Origin: a virus
Virus record (IMG/VR): IMGVR_UViG_3300045600_000078
Coordinates: 1 to 64,000 of that record
DNA: 64,000 nt
Direction: 5' to 3' (one strand)
Made by a program: the position numbers and the translations under genes. The notes under the pieces are model-generated. The model ran no database searches. It had not been told where the DNA came from and saw nothing but the letters and a program-made list of their open reading frames with translations. This document shows positions 30,697 to 37,605 of the stretch, piece after piece; position 1 is the stretch's first letter; every line of letters begins with the position of its first letter.

Positions 30697-33600
30697 ATGC
30701 AGGAACTGGATTTTGTTCGGATTCTCACCAAAATTGACAAAACTGGCATTCATATTACTCCAAAATTCGTAGTTAAGAAAAGCAAGGACCTTATGGTCCG
30801 TGGCCGAGCTTTCTATGCGGTTTGGGATGAAGCTAAGCAACTTTGGTCTAGAGATCCTTTTGATGTTATACGAATTGTTGACGAACAACTGAGAGAGAAG
30901 TTGGACACCTTTCCAAAAGAGTCTGAAGTAAAAGTTTCCTATCTGTCGAATCAAGATGTTTGGAACGAATGGGTGAATTATATTAACCGCGTTCCGGATA
31001 ACTATCAACAGCTTGACTCAAAGGTTATATTTGCTGACACAAAGATTAAGCGGGAAGACTTTGCAAGTAAGCGCTTAAGCTATTCTCTGTGTGATCAAGA
31101 TATTCCGTCGTATGAGAATTTGATAGGAACTTTGTATGATCCACTTGAGAAGCAAAAGCTTGAATGGGCTATTGGATCAATTCTCGCTGGGCGGTCAAAA
31201 GATATTCAGAAGTTCATTGTAATCTATGGCGAGCCTGGATCGGGTAAGTCAACAATCATTCATGTCATCCAAGAATTGTTTGATGGCTATTATACCGTGT
31301 TCGATGCTAAAGCTATTGGCAGTTTCAAGAATTCATTTTCTTTGGAGCCCTTTAAGGAAGATCCTCTGGTTGCTTTGCAACATGATGGTGATCTTTCGCA
31401 AATAGAGGACAACACTGTTCTCAATAGTGTTACTTCTCATGAGATGATGCTCATCAACGAGAAGTTTAAGGCTACGTATCGATCTACGATTAACAGCTTC
31501 CTGTTTATGGGAACTAATAAGCCCGTTAAGATTACAGATGCCAAGTCTGGAATCATACGAAGGCTTATAGATGTATATCCTAGTGGAAAGACAGTTAGCC
31601 ACGACGATTACAATAAGTACATGAATCAGATTAAGTTTGAGCTTGGTGGAATAGCGAAGCATTGTCTATCAGTGTTTAACGAGCTTGGAGAAAATTACTA
31701 TGATGAATACCGAGCGATAAACATGATTGGCGATACGAACGATTTCTACAATTTTGTTGTCGATTGCTCAGAAAGTCTTATGTCAAATGAAGGCATAACG
31801 CTTAGGGGTGCGTGGGACCTTTACAAAGATTATTGTGAGGATGCTAAGGTCCCCTATCCATTTTCTAAGAGGCGATTCAAGGTTGAGCTTAAGAACTACT
31901 TCGAATCATTCAGCGAGAAAACTCATATTGATGGAAAACAAGTTAGAAACTATTATAAGGGTTTTCTTGTGAATAAGTTCTATTATGACGGAAAGAATGA
32001 CGAGGAGACTTCCTCCGAAGCGGAAATTATCGGCGAAACTAAAGAGTTAAATAGTACCGACGACGCCAAAGAATCAGAAAAGTTAGATTCTGATTCAAAG
32101 AAGCTTGTTCTTGGTGATCCTGATACTATTGTGGATGCCAATGAGATGCTTGCTGATGACGAGTCTATATTTGATAGGGAGTATTCGGATCAGCCTGCTC
32201 AGTATGCTACTAAAGATGGATATCCTTCACAGAAGTGGGATAATGTTACAACCACACTCAAAGACATTGATACTAAGAGGCTTCACTATGTCAGAGTTCC
32301 CGAGAATCTTATAGTCATAGACTTTGATATTCATGGCGATGACGGCAGTAAGGATCTCGATAAGAACATTGAAGCTTCCCAAGCATGGCCAAAGACATAT
32401 TCTGAGTTGAGTAAGAGTGGCTCTGGGGTGCATCTGCATTATATTTACGATGGCGATCCTACTGAGTTGAGTAGAGTGTATGATGACAACATCGAAATTA
32501 AGGTGTTCACAGGCAACAGTGCTCTTCGCAGAAAGTTAACCGTCTTTAACAACGTTCCGATCGCCCATATTTCTTCTGGGCTGCCAAAGAGAGGAGTTAA
32601 AGTGGTTTCCTCTGGTACTATTTCGAACGAAAAAGCACTTCGTGGGTTGATTCGTCGTAACTTGGCTAAAGAGATCCATCCTGGGACAAAGCCAAGTATT
32701 GATTTCATTAAGCATATTCTTGACGAGGCTTATGCCAACAAGGAACTGCATTATGATGTAACCGATCTGCGGCCTGCTATTCTTGCTTTTGCAAACAACA
32801 GCACTAATCATTCAGATTATTGTGTTAAGCTTGTTACGGAAATGCACTTCCAGTCGGATGATGCTGGATCATATTCTGAGCCAACCGATGATGAACTAGT
32901 CTTCTTTGATGTTGAGGTATTTCCTAATCTGTTTGTCATTGTCTGGAAGGGCGAAGGCAAAGAGTGTGTCAAGATGATTAACCCAACACCAATTGAGGTC
33001 GAGGATCTTGTTAATCATAGGCTTGTCGGCTTCAACAATAGGCGTTACGACAACCATATTCTGTATGCTCGTATCATGGGCTACAATAATGAGCAACTTT
33101 ACAATCTTTCGACTCGGATTATTGGCGGAAGTAAGAACTCGTCCTTTGTCGAGGCATATAATCTTTCGTATGCCGATGTTCTTGATTTCAGTTCAAAGAA
33201 GCAGAGTCTTAAGAAGTTTGAGATCGAGCTTGGATTGCACCACCAAGAGCTTGATCTTCCATGGGATAAGCCTGTTCCAGAAGACATGTGGAAAACTGTC
33301 GCTGATTACTGTGTGAACGATGTGGTCGCTACTGAAGCCACGTTTAAGGCCCGTCACGAAGACTTCGTTGCTCGTCAGCTTCTTGCGGCAATCAGTGGCC
33401 TGTCGGTAAATGACACCAATAGGCAGCATACCGAGAAGATTCTGTTCGGAAACGATCGCCATCCTCAGACGAAGTTTATCTATACAGATCTCAGTACTAT
33501 ATTTCCTGGCTACAAGTATGAGAATGGGAAGAGTTCCTATCGTGGTGAGAATCCTGGCGAAGGTGGCTATGTATATTCTGAGCCTGGAATCTATCACAAT

Positions 33601-34716
33601 GTTGCCTTGTTAGACATTGCCTCTATGCATCCGCATAGCCTCATAGCTTTAAACCTCTTTGGTGATGAGTATACTAAGAACTATGAGGATCTAGTGAACG
33701 CACGTATATTCATTAAGCACGGCGAGTTTGATGCTGCCAGGTCTATGCTGGGCGGAAAGCTTGCGCCATATTTGACTCACGAAGATCAGGCAAAGGCTTT
33801 GTCTAAGGCTCTTAAGATTCCTATCAATAGCGTTTATGGATTAACTTCGGCCAAGTTTGACAACAAGTTTAAGGATCCTCGTAATGTTGACAACATCGTT
33901 GCCAAGCGCGGGGCTCTCTTTATGATCGATCTTAAGCACGCTGTGCAAGAGCGAGGGTTTACAGTTGCCCATATTAAGACCGACTCAATTAAGATCCCGG
34001 ATGCTACCCCTGAGATTATTGAGTTTGTGTGCGAGATGGGTAAGAAGTTTGGCTATACGTTTGAGCATGAGGCTACCTACGAGAAGATGTGCTTAGTCAA
34101 TGATGCAGTTTATATTGCTAAGGAGTCTTTCGGAGACGAAGTTGGAAAGTGGACAGCGACTGGCGCGCAGTTTGCCGAGCCGTATGTGTTTAAGACGTTA
34201 TTTAGCCATGAGCCGATAGTTGATAAGGACTTCTGTGAGACAAAGGCTGTCACTGGTGATTCGTGTCTATATTTGGACATGAATGAAGGTCTCAACGATG
34301 TTTCTACTTACGAAACTGAAATGGCGAAGCGTAAGTATAACGCAAAGACTACTGGAAAGCTTCGTAAGCTTAATGCTGATCTCTCTGGATATTCTGATTC
34401 AGAACTTTCAGAGATGATAGCTAATGGCCACAGCTATTCGTTTGTTGGTAAAGCCGGGTCGTTTGTTCCAATCTCCTCAGGCAAGGGCGGAGGAATTCTA
34501 TATCGTGAGAAGGACGATGATTCTGGAAATCCGAAGTACTATGCCGCGGCTGGAACAAAGGGCTATCGTTGGCTTGAGAGCGAGGTTGTGAGACTGCAAG
34601 ATCGATTCGGAGACGTGGACAAGTCATATTTCACGTCACTGGTCGATGAAGCAGTCGAAGACATAAGTAAGTACGGAGACATTGAAGCGTTTCTGTGCGA
34701 TAGTGAAAAGGAGTAA
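30697..34716 (+). CDS. Replicase fusion: D5/SF3-type helicase + AEP prim-pol + family-B DNA polymerase (3'-5' exo + pol)
   Basis: Walker A: GEPGSGKST. AEP: VIDFDIHGDD, SGSGVHLHY. Exo I: FFDVEVFPN. Exo II: FNNRRYDNHIL. Exo III: YCVNDVVAT. Pol A: LDIASMHPHS. Pol B: KIPINSVYG. Pol C: IKTDSI. Confidence 0.9.
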   Translation: MQELDFVRILTKIDKTGIHITPKFVVKKSKDLMVRGRAFYAVWDEAKQLWSRDPFDVIRIVDEQLREKLDTFPKESEVKVSYLSNQDVWNEWVNYINRVPDNYQQLDSKVIFADTKIKREDFASKRLSYSLCDQDIPSYENLIGTLYDPLEKQKLEWAIGSILAGRSKDIQKFIVIYGEPGSGKSTIIHVIQELFDGYYTVFDAKAIGSFKNSFSLEPFKEDPLVALQHDGDLSQIEDNTVLNSVTSHEMMLINEKFKATYRSTINSFLFMGTNKPVKITDAKSGIIRRLIDVYPSGKTVSHDDYNKYMNQIKFELGGIAKHCLSVFNELGENYYDEYRAINMIGDTNDFYNFVVDCSESLMSNEGITLRGAWDLYKDYCEDAKVPYPFSKRRFKVELKNYFESFSEKTHIDGKQVRNYYKGFLVNKFYYDGKNDEETSSEAEIIGETKELNSTDDAKESEKLDSDSKKLVLGDPDTIVDANEMLADDESIFDREYSDQPAQYATKDGYPSQKWDNVTTTLKDIDTKRLHYVRVPENLIVIDFDIHGDDGSKDLDKNIEASQAWPKTYSELSKSGSGVHLHYIYDGDPTELSRVYDDNIEIKVFTGNSALRRKLTVFNNVPIAHISSGLPKRGVKVVSSGTISNEKALRGLIRRNLAKEIHPGTKPSIDFIKHILDEAYANKELHYDVTDLRPAILAFANNSTNHSDYCVKLVTEMHFQSDDAGSYSEPTDDELVFFDVEVFPNLFVIVWKGEGKECVKMINPTPIEVEDLVNHRLVGFNNRRYDNHILYARIMGYNNEQLYNLSTRIIGGSKNSSFVEAYNLSYADVLDFSSKKQSLKKFEIELGLHHQELDLPWDKPVPEDMWKTVADYCVNDVVATEATFKARHEDFVARQLLAAISGLSVNDTNRQHTEKILFGNDRHPQTKFIYTDLSTIFPGYKYENGKSSYRGENPGEGGYVYSEPGIYHNVALLDIASMHPHSLIALNLFGDEYTKNYEDLVNARIFIKHGEFDAARSMLGGKLAPYLTHEDQAKALSKALKIPINSVYGLTSAKFDNKFKDPRNVDNIVAKRGALFMIDLKHAVQERGFTVAHIKTDSIKIPDATPEIIEFVCEMGKKFGYTFEHEATYEKMCLVNDAVYIAKESFGDEVGKWTATGAQFAEPYVFKTLFSHEPIVDKDFCETKAVTGDSCLYLDMNEGLNDVSTYETEMAKRKYNAKTTGKLRKLNADLSGYSDSELSEMIANGHSYSFVGKAGSFVPISSGKGGGILYREKDDDSGNPKYYAAAGTKGYRWLESEVVRLQDRFGDVDKSYFTSLVDEAVEDISKYGDIEAFLCDSEKE

Positions 34717-34718
34717 TC

Positions 34719-35243
34719 ATGCCTGGAAAGAATTATGGTGTTACTAACAACATCAACATCGAGAATGCTTACATTATGTTCCGTAACTTCTCTGGCAAGG
34801 AGAGCAAGTTTAATCCGGCTGGTCGTAGGAACTTCTGTGTTCGTCTTGATGACCCGAAGCTGGTTAAGCAGCTTGAGGCGGATGGCTGGAACGTTCGATA
34901 TTTGAAGGCTCGCGAAGAGGGCGACGAGGATACTCCATATCTTCAGGTTGCAGTTTCTTATGGCAAGGGTCGTCCTCCTAAAATCACGCTGATCACTTCA
35001 CACGGCCAGACGCTTCTGGATGAGAGCACGGTTGACACCCTCGACTGGGCAGAGATCAAGACCGCTGACCTCATTATTAATCCGTACAATTGGGAAGTGA
35101 ATGGCAAGAAGGGCGTTAAGGCATATTTGAATGCCCTCTATGTGACCATTGTTGAGGATGCTTTTGCCCAGAAGTATGCTGATATGGCTCCCCGCACTGT
35201 GGCTCCGGATGTTTCCGTCTCAGATGAGGATATTCCGTTCTAG
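34719..35243 (+). CDS. Single-stranded DNA-binding protein
   Basis: Sits between the polymerase and the helicase. The acidic C-terminal tip SVSDEDIPF mimics the bacterial SSB tip DDDIPF. The OB-like N-terminal pattern is recognised only loosely. Confidence 0.6.
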   Translation: MPGKNYGVTNNINIENAYIMFRNFSGKESKFNPAGRRNFCVRLDDPKLVKQLEADGWNVRYLKAREEGDEDTPYLQVAVSYGKGRPPKITLITSHGQTLLDESTVDTLDWAEIKTADLIINPYNWEVNGKKGVKAYLNALYVTIVEDAFAQKYADMAPRTVAPDVSVSDEDIPF

Positions 35244-35279
35244 TTTAAATGCCCCTGAGAGGCACGGAGAGCCGTTCTA

Positions 35280-35330
35280 AGACCCTGTTATGGGTATTCG
35301 TGTGTAGATGCCCATAATAGGGTCTTCTTT
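35280..35330 (+). terminator. Terminator with 15-bp stem
   Basis: AGACCCTGTTATGGG ... CCCATAATAGGGTCT followed by TCTTT. Confidence 0.55.
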
Positions 35331-35367
35331 GGGCAGAGATGCCCATATTTTAGAAAGGAGGGGCTCC

Positions 35368-36681
35368 ATGAACTTGTATGATTATCAGATTGATGCTATA
35401 GACAGACTGAGTACTGGGTCAATACTTTACGGCGGGGTTGGTTCAGGAAAGTCCCGAACGTCTTTAGCATATTTTTACACCAAAGTGTGCGGGGGAGAAC
35501 TTTCTTTAAACGGAAAGGGCAAGTCTGTAATTCCATCAAAGCCTAGGCCGCTTTATATTATTACCACAGCAAGAAAAAGAGAAGATTTAAGCTGGGAAAA
35601 AGAATGCTCAGTGTTTGGGCTCTCGTCTGACAAAACAAAAAGTGTTCTTAGCATTGACGTAGTGATTGACAGTTGGAATTGCATTAAAAAGTACAAAGAC
35701 GTCACTGACGCATTCTTCATATTTGACGAGCAACGAGTTGTTGGCAGCGGGGCTTGGGTTAAGGCGTTCTTAAAGATTGCTAAAAGTAATGATTGGATCA
35801 TTCTGAGCGCAACCCCTGGAGATACGTGGACAGATTATATTCCGGTGTTCATAGCGAACGGGTTCTATAAGAACAGAACAGATTTTGTTCGCCAACACGT
35901 CGTGTATAGTCGCTACACTAAGTATCCAAAGGTCGATCGATATTTGAATACGGGCAGACTAATTCGAGAACAACGAGAAGTTCTTGTTCCAATGTATTAC
36001 GAGAAGAAGAATACTCAGCATTCAATAAAAGTTAATGTTCCTTATGACAAACAGCTATATTCTGATACACAAAAGATCAAGTGGAACATCTATGAAGATC
36101 GGCCTTGCCAGAATGCAGCAGAGTTTTGCTTTGTTCTAAGACGAATAGTTAATGAGTCACATTACAGAATCGATGCTATGACGGAGTTGCTGCAATCCAA
36201 CGACCGTTTGGTCATATTTTACAACTTCAATTATGAGCTTGACTTGCTTAAGAAGATTTGTGATAGCCTTGGGGTTGAGTATGGACAATGGAATGGGCAT
36301 CAGCATGATCTGATTCCTAATACTGACCGTTGGGCATATTTGGTTCAATACACTGCTGGGGCGGAAGGATGGAACTGCATAGAGACAAATGCTATGGTGT
36401 TCTATTCTTTGAACTATTCATACAAGGCAACTAAGCAAGCAGCTGGAAGAATAGATCGTCTCAATTCTCCATATTCTGATCTATACTATTACTATTTGGA
36501 AACTAATTCCCCAATAGACAAAGCAATAGGCATGTCGTTGCATAAGAAGAAGAACTTTAATTACGTTAAGTTCACGTCTAAGTTTACTGATCAATTCGAC
36601 AAAAAAGACACAAATAAACAAAACGTCATACAGCAACCTGAAAAGCGAGAAAACGGTGAGAAGAAAGACCAGGTAGAATAG
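35368..36681 (+). CDS. SF2 (DEAD/SNF2-like) helicase
   Basis: YDYQIDAI, motif I GGVGSGKS, motif II IFDEQ, motif III SATPG, motif VI QAAGRIDR. AGGAGG upstream of ATG 35368. Confidence 0.8.
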   Translation: MNLYDYQIDAIDRLSTGSILYGGVGSGKSRTSLAYFYTKVCGGELSLNGKGKSVIPSKPRPLYIITTARKREDLSWEKECSVFGLSSDKTKSVLSIDVVIDSWNCIKKYKDVTDAFFIFDEQRVVGSGAWVKAFLKIAKSNDWIILSATPGDTWTDYIPVFIANGFYKNRTDFVRQHVVYSRYTKYPKVDRYLNTGRLIREQREVLVPMYYEKKNTQHSIKVNVPYDKQLYSDTQKIKWNIYEDRPCQNAAEFCFVLRRIVNESHYRIDAMTELLQSNDRLVIFYNFNYELDLLKKICDSLGVEYGQWNGHQHDLIPNTDRWAYLVQYTAGAEGWNCIETNAMVFYSLNYSYKATKQAAGRIDRLNSPYSDLYYYYLETNSPIDKAIGMSLHKKKNFNYVKFTSKFTDQFDKKDTNKQNVIQQPEKRENGEKKDQVE

Positions 36682-36693
36682 GCCATATTTTGG

Positions 36694-36722
36694 TTCGCGT
36701 AGAATACATGGTGCCTAATGAA
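36694..36722 (+). promoter_or_regulatory. Tripartite promoter-like motif, copy 20 (upstream of the nuclease/RNAP-candidate operon)
   Basis: TTCGCG tagaata CAT ggtg CCTAAT GAA, followed by an imperfect hairpin and TATTTTT. Confidence 0.5.
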
Positions 36723-36771
36723 TAGAAGGGTAGAGTACACTCTTTCTTATTTTTCCAAAGGAGGCAACCCA

Positions 36772-37062
36772 ATGAAAGAAAGTAAGTTCCAGCACGGCCT
36801 CATCCAGAAGTTAAAGACATGTTTTCCCGGATGCATGGTTCTTAAGAACGATGCTGGGTATATTCAAGGGGTTCCCGACTTACTTGTTCTCTATGAAAAC
36901 AAGTGGGCAGCTTTGGAATGTAAGAAAACAGAGAGTGCTGCTCATCAGCCAAACCAAGATTACTATGTTGACACATTAAACAAGATGTCCTTTGCAAGTT
37001 TTGTATGCCCAGAAAACGAGGAGGAGGTTTTGTGTGAACTTCAATCAACATTTAGAGCTTGA
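36772..37062 (+). CDS. VRR-NUC domain nuclease
   Basis: ESKFQ..LI..L....GVPDLLVLYENKWAALECKK (D...ExK). AAGGAGG upstream of ATG 36772. Confidence 0.75.
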   Translation: MKESKFQHGLIQKLKTCFPGCMVLKNDAGYIQGVPDLLVLYENKWAALECKKTESAAHQPNQDYYVDTLNKMSFASFVCPENEEEVLCELQSTFRA

Positions 37063-37600
37063 TGGCAAGCACGCATTTTTAAGCGCTAGCCAGCATTCTT
37101 GGATTAACTATGATGAGGACAAGCTCATCAACACATATTCTAATTATTTGGCAAAGCAGAAGGGTACATTGCTTCATGACTTTGCGAGACGATGCATAAC
37201 ACTAAACCAGAATCTTCCTAAGTCGAATAAGACCTTAAATCTGTATGTCAATGATGCCATTGGCTATAAGATGACCCCCGAGCAAGTTTTGTACTATTCA
37301 CCAAACTGCTTTGGTACGGCTGACGCAATTTCATATTCTGAAAAGAACAAGTTTCTTAGAATCCATGACTTAAAGACTGGAATGACTCCAGCCTCTATGG
37401 ATCAGTTAGAGATATATTCTTCTCTCTTTTGTCTCGAGTATGGAATCAAGCCAGCCTCGATAGGAATCGAACTTAGGATCTACCAGTTTAATGAGGCCCA
37501 TATTTACGAGCCGCCACTTGACAATATTGTCCACATCATGGATAAGATTGTTGCGTTTGATCAGATACTAGAAGAACTAGAGTCAGAATCGGAGGTGTAA
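37034..37600 (+). CDS. PD-(D/E)XK nuclease (RecB/Cas4-like exonuclease fold)
   Basis: FLSASQ..., GTADAI...RIHDLKTG (D...D-x-K), ELRIYQ. GTG start 6 nt after GGAGGAGG. Confidence 0.5.
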   Translation: MNFNQHLELDGKHAFLSASQHSWINYDEDKLINTYSNYLAKQKGTLLHDFARRCITLNQNLPKSNKTLNLYVNDAIGYKMTPEQVLYYSPNCFGTADAISYSEKNKFLRIHDLKTGMTPASMDQLEIYSSLFCLEYGIKPASIGIELRIYQFNEAHIYEPPLDNIVHIMDKIVAFDQILEELESESEV

Positions 37601-37605
37601 TGTTC

